Shown: in pieces, positions 1-11,554 of the stretch
Layout: every line of letters begins with the position of its first letter
How positions within the stretch are numbered: position 1 is the stretch's first letter
NCBI GenBank assembly: GCA_020891255.1
Contig: BQFW01000004.1
Span: 1,178,001 to 1,242,000 of the forward strand
Direction: 5' to 3'
DNA from: Entomortierella parvispora E1425
Taxonomy: Eukaryota; Fungi; Mortierellomycota
DNA length: 64,000 bases
Notes under the pieces: model-generated
The model's database searches: none
Seen by the model: the letters and a program-made list of their open reading frames with translations, nothing else
What the model was told of the DNA's origin: nothing
Translations under genes and position numbers: made by a program

Positions 1-3000
1 CACAATACCTCGCAGATCCCTTTCGGGTTCAGTGGGAGTGGGTGAGATTTGCCACATGAGGGAATTGGGAACAACCGACGAGTGAAGTCGGAAAAGCCCA
101 TTGCGCGCAGTAGGTGATTGGCGAGCATGCAGAAAGGGCCCAACACGAGAATATGTTCATGTAGCTTGTTTTCGTCATCTCGTTTTGGAGCATAGGGTCG
201 CAGTTGGTTGACAATTTGGACGACCGTGCTGACTTCAGTATCGTTGAACATTCCCTCATCAAAGAGGTATTCACGAACGAATGCCGGCGTAACCTGAGAA
301 GGGCAGTCAGATTTGTCAAGCAAGAGGCAGGTGACAGCCTCCAGCCCACGAAGGTGTTTGCCTGTTGGTTCCAAAGCATCTACAAAACAAGTCGTTATTG
401 TTAGGGCGACATCTGAGTTTGTGATGTATTTCAAAGCCAAACTTTTTTGCCTTACCTCTGACGACCTCCGGTTCGGGTGCTGATTCCGTCTCTGCCTGGT
501 CTAAGCCGTCTTCCTCTTGACACTCGCCATCAAAGTCGTCTTCCTCCTGAAGATCACACTCGCCATCAAAGTCATCCCCTTCCTGAGCCAACTCTATGAT
601 GTCGTACGAAGTCGGAATTACTTCGCTGTTGCTACTTTGATCATTGCTACCGCCCCGGTCAAGTTTGAGCTTGAGATCACCAATGTCCTTATCTGCAGCT
701 TTGGTCTTGTCAACAACATCTCTGAGCAGTCGGAAGACGTTGCTGACCCTAGCAATCCGGGACTGCCTATCCTTCAAGTCGAGAGGATCCCGCAACTCCA
801 AGATGTTACCATTCCAAGCCGTCTTGCAGGTGCTAATGGCCTCGTCCAGTTGAACAAGCACCTTCTTTGCTGTCCAGCGGTAGGCTTTTCTGCGCACATA
901 CGGACTTTTCAATTTCTCGGCTGCCTCTGACGCCTTGTTTTCCGCGAACCTCTTCTTCTGATCTCTATATCGCTGCTCCCCAAGCGGTCGAAGATGAAGT
1001 CGCAACAAGTAACGGACAACCGCCCGTTTGAGGACGAGATATAGCTTTGCCTTCCAAATGTTATGGTAGCTGGTCGCAATTGTCTTTAAGACCTCTGGGG
1101 GTGATTGAGACATGCCTTTTGGGCATACAGCATTCGTGGCAAATTCATCATCTCCACGCCACGCTTGTCGGACGAAAGCCGCCAATTCGTTCCAAACAGG
1201 GTGCGTCAAAGCTTTTGCGGACTGGCTGGCATTGGTAGAAGGCCGTTGGCGCTTGGTGCCTGCCGATAACGATGGCTTTGTTAGAGTGCTTGGACCAGAT
1301 TCGCACACGTCGTGGTCATCTTCCTCAGCATCTTGGTCAGATACTTCGGCGTCGCTACCATCTGAACCAAAGTCTTCGTTATCACTGCCAGGCTTCTGTT
1401 TCTTTTTTTGATTTGCATTTTTCGGAGACTTCTTGTACGAGCCGTGCTGCGATATACACGACACAATCGTGATTGAACAGGTCCTTGCTGTCCCTTTCGA
1501 ATGGTGACCTCCGAGCGTCCTCGTTACAATATCTCTTTAGGTTCAGCTGGAAATCGTCTGCAACCAGGGGGACTTTGATAGAAGGACTCTCCATGAGATC
1601 GGTATCGCGGATTTTAAAAGCCTCAGGGAGAATTTGACGAATATCGAATTCATTGGTAGAGCCTTGCTCGGAATGAAACCGTCCTTGCAGCACCTACAAA
1701 CCATAAAAGGATCACATACGGTCAATTGCCAGCTCATGATGCTCCACCTGTGCATGTCCATTCGTTCACTAACCTCTAGTTGGGCCATGGCGAGTGCCGA
1801 CTGGAGCTCCTCCATATGAGATGACATTGCTTCCTGTTTTTGAGTCAGCAATTCTTTGATGGCCGTTTTATCGGCATCTTCAAAGTCTTTTCGCAGAACC
1901 TTCTCTAATGGTACGGAGATGGTTCGCAGCTGGACCTCAGGCTCCTTCTCCTTTGGCACAGAGTCGGCCTTTGACCGGTTCTTGTTCAGGGCCTTTTGCC
2001 ATAGCTCATCAAAGTTATCTCGAACCGTCTGGAGATATTCGTGATGCGGAGCCCAGTCTTCTTGCTCTTCCATTTTGTCGGCGATGTCGTTTTTCTCCTT
2101 CTTCATTTTTTTGGCGACATCACCTGCATCCCAACTGCCTGGGGCCATATCGTGAGCGGGCTCTATGACAGATGTTGTTTTGGCTAGGACTGTTTGAGGC
2201 GTCCTGACTCGGCGTAGTTCCTTAGACTTCATGGTGTCGCATTTAGTTCGCAGAGATTGGTCATCGACACCCTTGACTTTGAACGCCTTTTTAACTTGCA
2301 TGTCGATCTCGTTTGTCAAAAAGTGGCGGCTAGTTGAAGAGTCGTTATTGTAAGGACGATTTCAGAACAAAACTAAAAAAGCAAAAACGATTTGGATATA
2401 AATATTAATGAGCTTACCATTCGACTGTAAGTGCTGGCATTGCCACATCCATCTTAATTTTTTTCGGAAAATCCCTTGACTGATTTTTCTTCTTGAAGGA
2501 TCTAAATTCCGCAAGCCCGGGGCGACACAGATCCAGTGGCTGATCTTGCGGCGGGTTTCGAAGGAGCGGCCGGGGAAGACTTTGTGAAACGAGAGAGCAG
2601 GAGAGAGGCGAGTATGTCGAGACTTGTTCGAAGGAGTTGCCCACGTGCAAAATACCGACAGACATACAAACAAGGCGGTCCTGTTGGTTTGTAAACTTGG
2701 GTGTGTAGCCGTGTGGATGGAATAATAATGGCGACATTGAGGAGTTCGGCCAGGCGTCGTAGTAGTAGCCTTGTAGGGGGTAAGTCCAAAAATTCGCTAT
2801 TGGTGTCCTCCATGTGCCCGATGCTTATCCTGAAGTTTGTTGTCAAACTTTGTTCAAGATGCCAGCAATTATTCCCGCAAGACTCTCTGCTCCATCATCA
2901 ACGACAAGACCGTACGCGTCTTGTAGGACCTTTAAAGTTCCGCCAATTTTTTCGTTGCGAGGCAAAGGCTCGGGCTCATCACAGACGCGCATCAGTTGAC

Positions 3001-3282
3001 GCTCAAGCGGGAGGTTTTGTGGTTCAAGTCTTAAGCATGCGTGGGCTCGTTTCAAGAATTCGTCATCATCTTGAAACGTAATGGATACCTACAAATGAAG
3101 AAGGGCATTAGCATTCCAAGCATTTCCAAAGTCTGTTGTTGTCTAGCTGTGGAGTCAATGAGGGTTGACCGTCATCGTAGTAAACATACCGAATTGTCCG
3201 TCGATTCCAGGACTTCAAGTTGTTCCACGAAGGACTCGCCGGGATCGTCGTCTAATATTGTGTCGTAATCGTTTCCCTCCAT
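1..3282 (-). pseudogene. 5' portion of a large, frameshifted multi-exon gene; candidate giant Fanzor/TnpB-like family member, 3' end outside the window
   Basis: ATG at 3282 (MEGNDYDTIL). GT-AG introns at 3189-3089, 2417-2330, 1773-1694 and 455-380 join the ORF pieces. Three frame breaks at ~2845, ~2670 and ~1405. Last exon reads ...DALEPTGKHLRGLEAVTCLLL...VNQLRPYAPKR...LGPFCMLANHLLRAMGFSDFTRRLFPIPSCG and is still open at base 1. Family assignment is from recalled motifs (YLLRLHLxP; RTISVPLEKVLR; GFSDFTRRLFP); no nuclease domain is visible in the window. Confidence 0.55.
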
Positions 3283-3541
3283 TGTTCGGTGAAGAGGGCA
3301 AGGTGCAGGAAAAAAGTCCGCGCACAGAGCGCGTTCATCAGAGCACCTTCAAACTTAAGGGGTGTATTTTTTGTGATCTTTCAGCTTTATTTTTACGAAT
3401 GAGATCAGTTTCATTGATCGCAGTAGATATGATCACGTGGTGTTGTCTTTAGATGACTTCAACCGTATTTGCCACCAAAATGAACTTACAAAAAAGGGTG
3501 TGGGCATCTTTCCATCCTAGACCCATCCACAACAATCGAAC

Positions 3542-4739
3542 ATGTCAAAGTACGTCCCTCTATTTGAGCTCCATCAGCTTGTCCAATTGACTCATTCCGC
3601 CAATGGAAAGGCCATCTTTTACTCTCAAGTGCATCTCTCCAAGAGCGATTCCATCACAAATGAAGACGACGAGGCTGGTGGTTGGATTCTTAGCACATTC
3701 ACCGGCAAGACCTACTTTGAGCGCGAATATCGCCGCGAGGACCTTGACGATTTGGTATACCCCTTTTCTCGCCTGTGAATGCATGTTGCATTAGAGCACA
3801 CTGTAGCGTGGTATTGACTTGCATCTGATGTTTTTCTGTTATCTACATAGCTCTCCTTGACAGGCGACAAGGACTGGACTTCATTTGCAAAGCGATTCAA
3901 AAAAGCCATTATCGACGGCTATTTTCATATAGTTGATACAAATACTAGGGAATGCAAGGTTATCGTCGACAACGATATCCATTCAAACATGGACAACACA
4001 AATCAACTTGAAATGATCGAAATCGACATGTATCCTGTTAGCCACTCAAATCGAGGAGAAAAATTGGGCGACTTTATGTTTGAGGTAAACGAAGTGACGT
4101 CCATGCGCGAAATCAAGCACATCTTACGCCTAATACTCAAGCAATTTCCTCCTAGTGTGCAAAATTTATTCAAGTACATGGTTGCTCACTTATCTCCAAA
4201 GGATCAGCTTCAACATCAAATCGCGTGTCTGACATTACACCAGGGGACCCCACAGGGAAGAGTTATAACGACCTTAAACTTGAGCGGGACAATTACAAGT
4301 TCGAGAATATGGCGCTGAAACAGGAGATTGAAAAGTTGCGGGCCAGTGCTCTTAACTCAAGTAGCAGTAAGTCACAGCTTACATTTATTTCAGTATCGAT
4401 GACCCCTTTGATCGGGTTAAAGCTAATATTGACACTTTCACTAGTGTCGCACGGCGGAATAAATTCAGCGAGTGGCAGACCAAAATCAAAAACTGGTCAA
4501 ATGGCGATGATGGTGAAGGAGCAGCTGCTGAAGAAACGGAAAGGTGTCAGTGCACTAAACCCAAGAATGAAAAGGTGGGTTTTGTTCCTGAAAGACAATT
4601 CAGTTCAAGTAACATAGTTGGCTTCCTGTGACACCATTGAGACTAACTGATATTGTCATTTAATCACTTTGACAGGGTCGCTCTTGCCAAAGGAACCGAA
4701 TTTGGAAGTGATGACGATGACGATGAAGAGGATGCCTAA
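3542..4739 (+). CDS. PAXX-like (XRCC4/XLF superfamily) NHEJ accessory factor
   Basis: Five exons (introns 3755-3850, 4085-4155, 4367-4444, 4574-4676). N-terminal beta-rich head, coiled coil (YNDLKLERDNYKFENMALKQEIEKLR), and spliced C-terminus GVSALNPRMKRVALAKGTEF in exact register with the human PAXX tail GESLINPGFKSKKPAGGVDF. Confidence 0.7.
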
Positions 4740-4799
4740 GCTGCGCCCTTCATTCACAAAACCATGTATACATCCTTTATTCTCAAGAGAAGCTGTCCA

Positions 4800-5582
4800 T
4801 TAGAACTCGCCACACTCTGTGATCACTACGGGCATCTTTGGTTTGCTGTTTGGTCCAACTTGCACGTTCTCTATCTTTCGCAGTGTCAGTAGGCCGTCGA
4901 TCAACTTTCCAAAGACAACATGGCGCCCGTCCAAGAAATCAGTTTTTGTTGATGTGAGGAAGAACTAGGGTTGATTTCGAAGATGTGATTATAACATGTT
5001 AATGAAAGAGCTCTTGCTGTTCGTAAATTTCCGATAGTCGTTGCCCTGTCAAATACCTGGCACCCATTCGAATTTGGTCCGCTGTTGGCCATGGAAAGTA
5101 GTCCTGGTCCTGTGTGCTTAATTGTGAAGTTTTCATCTGGAAACTTATCACCATAGATGCTCATAGATCCTGTGCCATCTCCTTTCAAAAAGTCTCCGCC
5201 CTGGATCATAAAGTCCTTGATAACTCTGTGAAATGTGCAGTTCTTGTAGCCTTGAGGTACCCCGTTTTTTTTGTATTCGCCAGTGCACAGTTGTCTACAG
5301 GAATATCATGCTGTTAAAATTACTCCTGGCTAGCCTATTCTGACTCTATAGTCATGGTTCTCACTATTACCTAAAGTTCTCGGCAGTCTTTGGCACAACG
5401 TCGGCAAACAGTTCCATTTTCATGCGGCCTGCTGGCCTGTCGCCAATGGAAATGTCGAAGAAAACCTGAAGACAGAAATAAATGGTGGCGCTTGAGTAAC
5501 CGAAGAGAAATGCGCCGTTTCAAGAGTTACATCGAGAGTCAAGACTATCAGTTTGGCCACCTACGATGGGATTCTGTGACAT
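4800..5582 (-). CDS. Cyclophilin-type peptidyl-prolyl isomerase, cyclophilin H-like
   Basis: Spliced MSQNPI|[32 protein letters not shown]|QLCTGE...[15 protein letters not shown]...[16 protein letters not shown]|...VVFGK...VITECGEF*. Confidence 0.93.
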
Positions 5583-5862
5583 TATGTATAAATGAGCGTG
5601 AAGGAGGAAGGTGATGCAATGTAGCTGTGAAAGCGATGCGTTGAAGAGAAGTGCACACCCTGGTGGCTTGGTGCGCCACCATGTCAACATCGCGCCTTTT
5701 TTTCTTGGAGCATTCTCTCCTTGTCCAACGACACACATCTTTAACAGCAGACATTCTCGGAGCAACGGCTTGGCGCTCATACTCATTATATAACCCCTGT
5801 CCTTGCACACTCGATATTTTCCGCGAAAGAAATTGCAAGGAAAACCTTCATTCAGCCAGAAC

Positions 5863-7077
5863 ATGTCTGGAAAGCAAGCTAAAAACCAGAACGCAAAGGC
5901 GGCAACTTTTTCTGGTGGGTTGCGCTCCGAGGCAAAGAAAAGCAAGATTGTGTACAAGAACGTGCTTGATACACCCTTCAATATTCCCTGGTAGGCATGG
6001 ATGGAGATGGGTAATGACGGATACGACAATGTCAGTTTGACTTGCTGACTTACTATTGTTTGACCACAGGCCTGAAGTAACAGCTGAAGATAGCGCTACT
6101 ATACTGGATGCCCTCTGCGAGTAAGCCTAGAAATTTTAGCATGGTTGGATGCTGCTCTTTTCATTTTCGCTTACACTCTCCTCTGCCTGGATAGATTGTT
6201 AGAACCTATTGGGGCCCATCGTGATCAATGCAGAACAGACGCGTCTAAGAATGAAAGGTCCAGAAAGAAAATTAGACCTGGAAAACCGAACACAGCTTTG
6301 GCATCACCCAATCACGATGGAACCAACACAACGCAGATGATCTTAACTTCAGAGTTCTCGAAATCGTCCACGGAAATGAAGACAGACGCGCCATCGATCA
6401 TGCAGTCAATATCCATTGGAATCAACTCTGTCACAAAAACGTTGGAGAGATCCGTTCAAGATGTTGTGAAGTTCCCACCCCCAAGCGCCATTTTTCTGTG
6501 TAAAGGCGATCTTGCCCCTTCACATTTATACAGTCATCTTGGACCCATGGTCGCGATGGTGCCAACAACATTACTCTTCCCTCTTCATAAAGGGTCGGAG
6601 CAACGGTTAAGCAAAGCGCTAGGAATGAAGGCGGTTGGTGCGGTGGCAGTCTTGGCGGGTTCCAAGGAAGCAGAAGATGTGGTCATGATTTTAAGTCGTA
6701 TGGTAGAGCCACTGTCGGTGCCGTGGCTGCCAAAGGCCGCCACTATAACTCCAAAAAAAGTAGCAGCATCAAAGGAGGGCGCAGAGAGAATGATTTCAGA
6801 GCCACACTCGCAGTCAGCTTTGAATGATGGTATTAGGTCCAAGACCGATGATGTACCTCTGTCCACTACAAAAAAAGAAACAAATAGTGCAGGCTGGATC
6901 CCGACCAACATCAAATCAGTGAAGACGACTATGCCCGTTGTAGTCAGAGCACCAAAAGCACCCAAAGAGTCAGACAAACCGCAGACGCAGGCGCAGCCAC
7001 TGATTCATCAAAATCGAAAAGGCCAGCAAGGGAACAAGCGACTCGCAGACGGTCTTACGAAGGAAAAACTCCAATAA
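5863..7077 (+). CDS. RNase P/MRP subunit POP3/RPP38-like (L7Ae fold)
   Basis: KNVLDTPFNIPW N-terminal motif and L7Ae-like core IGINSVTKTLE...AIFLCKGD...LFPLHKGSEQRLSKALGMKAVGAVAV; two introns. Confidence 0.7.
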
Positions 7078-7206
7078 AAACTGAGTCAGAGACTCCAAAA
7101 TTGTAAAAGCCACCCAGGTCCCAGATCGTGTTTTCGGTTGAAGGCCGCCCCTTCTTCACTTCAACGTCTCCATTCTTTGTTTCGATCGTTCAAATCACTC
7201 TATATC

Positions 7207-7488
7207 ATGGCGTCTTTAACACCCGACGAAAAGTACGACATCATCTCCCGGAACTTGCAGGAAGTTCTTGGCGAGGCCCAAATCAAGACCATCCTTGCTG
7301 AACGCGACCTCAACATCTACTGGGGCACTGGTAAGAACAGTGCTCATCCTTAGAATTCTGAACAAAGACTAGCTGAGGATTGACATCGCGGCAATCTCGT
7401 CCAACGGGAGTACTGGTCCAGAGGATGCGCTGGATTTGCGCACTTGGTGTCCACTTCGCATAAATGGCTGCTGATTTCTTTCTGCATT

Positions 7489-7531
<43 letters not shown>

Positions 7532-9100
7532 CAGCTCCCACTGGCAAGCCTCACTTGGGTTACTTTGTCGCTATGACAAAGATTGCTGACTTTCTTCAAG
7601 CAGGCTGCCACATCACCGTTCTCATTGCCGACATCCACGCTTTTCTCGACAACATGAAGGCGCCCATGGAGCTTGTTGGCAAGCGTGCTGAATACTACAC
7701 CCAGCTGATCAAGGCCACCCTGACTTCCATCGGAGTGCCTACAGACAAGCTGAAGTTTGTCCAAGGATCGTCCTACCAATTGACTGCAGAGTACTCTCTG
7801 GCCAACATGAAGCTGTGCTCCAAGACGACAGAGCGTGATGCCAAGAAGGCCGGTGCTGAGGTTGTGAAGCAGGTCGAGTCGCCCCTTCTGTCAGGATTGA
7901 TGTACCCCGGTATGCAGGCATTGGACGAGGAATTTTTGGGAGTCGATGCTCAATTTGGCGGTGTGGACCAGAGAAAGATCTTTGTGTTTGCGGAAAAGAT
8001 GCTGCCCATGATCGGTTACAAGAAGCGTTCTCACTTGATGAACGTCATGGTGCCTGGTCTTGCTGGCCCAAAGATGTCCTCCTCAGATCCCGATTCCAAG
8101 ATTGATCTCTTGGAGTCCCCTGAGGACGTGAAGCGTAAGCTGAGCAAGGCTTTCTGTGAGGAAGGTAACATCGTCGAGAACGGCATTTTGTCTTTTGTGA
8201 AGACTGTTCTTTTCCCTCTTGGCTCTATGAACGGAAAGTCGCCCAGCTTTTCGATTATTCGCCCTGAGAAGTTTGGAGGAGATGTCACCTACACAAAGTT
8301 TGAAGATCTGGAAAATGATTTCAAAGACAAGAAGGTCCATCCTGGTGACCTCAAGAAGGCTGTTACGGACGCCATCAACACGCTGTTGGCCCCCATTCGC
8401 CAATGGTTTGATAACGACGAGCTTCGCCAATTGACGGAATCTGCCTACCCTTCCCCAAAGCCTGAACCCAAGAGCAAGCCTGTCAAGTCTAACAAGGTAA
8501 CGTATTTATTCTCTAGTTCTGATTATATGAGAGATGTTGCTTATACTCATATACATATATATTGTATATCAGCCTGCTGCTGGTGCCAATTTGCCCGTTG
8601 ATGTGTCGCGTTTGGATATTCGTGTCGCTCGTATCTTGGAAGCCAAGGTTCACGACGCCAACCCTAACTCCTACATCTCGACTGTTGACTGCGGCAACGG
8701 AGATGTCCGCACTGTTGTGTCAGGATTGGCGAAGTACATTCCTTTGGCCGAGATGCAAAACCGTCTTGTCTGTGCAGTTTGCAACTTGAAGCCCGGCAAA
8801 TTCCAGGGTGTACTCTCTAGTGCTATGTTGTTGGCTGGATCATCTGCAGATGATAGTGTTGTCGAGCTGTTGCAGCCCCCCCAGGAATTGGAGGCTGGAG
8901 ATCTGATCGAGTTTGAGGGATACGCTCAGGCTGATCGGTCGTCACCCGAGAAACTGAACCCCAAGCACCTGATCTTTGAGAAGGTCTCGGAGGACTTCAA
9001 AGTCGACGCTGATGGCCTAGCCAAGTACAAGGACCTCGAGTTTCGTACAAAGGCTGGCCCTGTGAGCCTCAAGACCCTAAAGGAAGGCCGAATCCGCTGA
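7207..9100 (+). CDS. TYS1: Cytoplasmic tyrosyl-tRNA synthetase with C-terminal EMAP-II-like OB domain
   Basis: YWGT|[10 protein letters not shown] (HIGH-like), [11 protein letters not shown] and KMSSS motifs. The C-domain RLDIRVARI...RTVVSGL...CNLKP is joined through intron 8497-8572. Confidence 0.96.
7493..7528. repeat. (TC)18 microsatellite forming the polypyrimidine tract of TyrRS intron 1
   Basis: Perfect TC run ending 6 nt before the acceptor AG at 7533-7534. Confidence 0.95.
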
Positions 9101-9279
9101 AAAAAAAAAATATAAAAAATGCGTGACTGTCGTCTCTGTTTATGTTCGTCTTCAGCCACATTTTTTGCTGCTCTTTTTGGTCATTTTTCTCCTTTCCGTC
9201 CATTGCTTTGCATCCTCTTCCTGTCCATCCCTTCCCTCCTTCTCTCCCATCCCTTTTCTCCTTTCAAATCTTGTCCATA

Positions 9280-11381
9280 ATGCTTCGCATGCTCCGCCCT
9301 GCTATGCGTCTGGCCTCCGTCCAGGCTGCAGCTGCCGCACGCATCGCTCCTCGCACAGTTCCAGGTACAGCCTGTCTGTTGCTTTACCCTTTGCCCCTGA
9401 AAAAAACACTCCTCCAGCCCTGAAGCTACGTCTCTAACAACCCGTTACCATTTCCTCGGAATATACCTCTTACCTATTAGCTGCGTCGTCTCTTAAGGCC
9501 CTGCCAGCTTTTACCTCATATTTGCAACGATCTGCTGGCTTCCACTCTCACTCTTCTGCCTTCCAGGCTGTCAACCAAGAGGTTGTGAGCGAAGAGGAGA
9601 TCGTTGAGGATACCCTTCCAACTCGCTTTGATGAGATTGCATCCCTCCATCTCAACACTGCTAAGGCGATCAAGAATGTTTTCAAGTACGAGACAATGTC
9701 CAAAGTCCAGTCCGAGGTTTTGTCCTTGTTGCCTACAGACTCGGACATGTTTGTTAAAGCCAAGACTGGTACCGGAAAGACTCTTGCCTTTTTGATCCCT
9801 GCTCTGGAGACTGTTATGGCCAAGACGGATCCCAAAGTCCTCAGAAATGGCGACATGGCAACAGTCATGATCGTTTCTCCCACTCGTGAGTTGGCCCAGC
9901 AGATCGCCGAGGAGGCGAGGAAACTCGCCAGTACCCATCGCTTCAATGTTCACTGTTTGGTTGGAGGAGAATCCAAGGGACAGCAAATTCGCCAACTCAA
10001 CAACAAGCGAGTCGACATCATTGTTGGAACCCCTGGACGTTTGAACGACATGATCGAGTCTGTTGGAGAGTTCCGTCGCCAGCTGGAAGGCGTCAAAACT
10101 GTAAGTCATATATTATTTTACATGGGCCTTGAATAAGTTTGCATAGTACAATCGACGATTGCATCTCTAACAGAAACTCATTGTTATTTTCTCTTTCTTT
10201 TTCTATTATGCCTACTTTACTTGCAGCTGATTTTGGATGAGGCCGATCAATTGTTAGACATGGGATTCAAGGATTCTATCGAGAGCATTGTTGATTCTCT
10301 CCCCAAGGATCGTCAGACTCTGTTCTTCTCTGCTACTGTTTCTAAGCAAATCAAGTCAATTGCTAGAACATCGCTGAAGCCCGACTTTACTTTCATTGAT
10401 ACTGTTGACCCTAATGAGGCCAACACCAACTTGCAGGTGAACCAATCGTACTGCATCACTCCATATGAGCAACAACTGCCTCTTTTGGCTCGCATCATCG
10501 AGGAACACAAGGCTCAGAACCCTAACGGAAAAGTCATGGTCTTCTTGCCTACGACTCGAGGCACTCAGCTGTATGCTTCTCTCTTTGAAGAGCTCACCTC
10601 ATACCGTCTCTTTTCTTTGCACTCCAAGAAATCTCAGGAGCAACGTACCAGAACATCTGATCGTTTCCGCAAGAGCCGAGGCTCTATCATGTTTACCTCA
10701 GATGTTTCTGCTCGAGGTGTTGATTACCCTGATGTGTCACTAGTTATTCAGGTTGGAATTCCTTCTTCAAAGGAGCAGTACATTCATCGCGTTGGTCGTA
10801 CTGGACGAGCAGGCAAGACAGGAGAGGGTGTTTTGATGATTACACCCATGGAGAAGGGATTCTTGAATGTCATGAACGACTTGCCCTTGACCCAGAACGA
10901 AACTGCCAAGAACATTGACGAAATCATGCAGGATGAGCACTTGACGAGTCGTTTGGAGGCTGCCAAGCAAGCCCAGGACCCCGAGATGATTCGCGACGCT
11001 TTTACTGCCTACCTTGGATACTACACTGGACGGACTGATGTTCTTACCTGCCCAAAGAACGACATTTTGGAGTCTGCTAAAGAATATATCGTCAACCTCG
11101 GAGCCGATGAGCCCCCTCATCTGAGCGACATGTTCTTGACCAAGCTCGGCTTCAATTCTCGATCCCGATCATCGTCCTCATCTCGTTCCCGTGGAGGATT
11201 TTCATCCGGCGGACGCGACAACTACAAAGGAGGCGATCGCGACCGTTCATCAAGCAGATATGGAGGTCAGCGTGGTGGATACGCACGAAGCAATAGCAGA
11301 TCGAACAGCTTTGACCGTAACGATCGCACCGGTCGCCGCGACAGTCGTGACTTCACGGACAAGTTCTTCTCTAAGGACTAA
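9280..11381 (+). CDS. MSS116: Mitochondrial DEAD-box RNA helicase, Mss116/CYT-19-like
   Basis: Arg/Ala-rich presequence; motifs AKTGTGKT, PTRELAQQ, GTPGR, DEAD, SAT, SARGVD and HRVGRTGRAG; basic RGG/SR-rich tail. Confidence 0.88.
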
Positions 11382-11554
11382 ATAGAATTCCCAGTTGTGA
11401 ATATCATTGTATTTTATCATTCTTCCGCCTCAATAAACTTATCGCATTCTCAAAAAAAGTTGCTGTTAAGGGGTGCTTTAGCTTTTTTTGTGCGTCTGGG
11501 TAGGACATGGGGGGAGGAATTGCTTGTCTCATGCCAACCGAAAAATATAATTCC

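Noticed and set aside
2418-2850. OTU-like protease remnant at the N-terminus of the left-edge gene
   Set aside because: Only a vague VGILH motif is present and no catalytic Cys loop (DGxC) is visible.
3346-3370. TTAAGGGGG as a DNA-transposon end for the left-edge gene
   Set aside because: The orientation is wrong for a terminus of an element extending left, and no partner repeat lies in the window.
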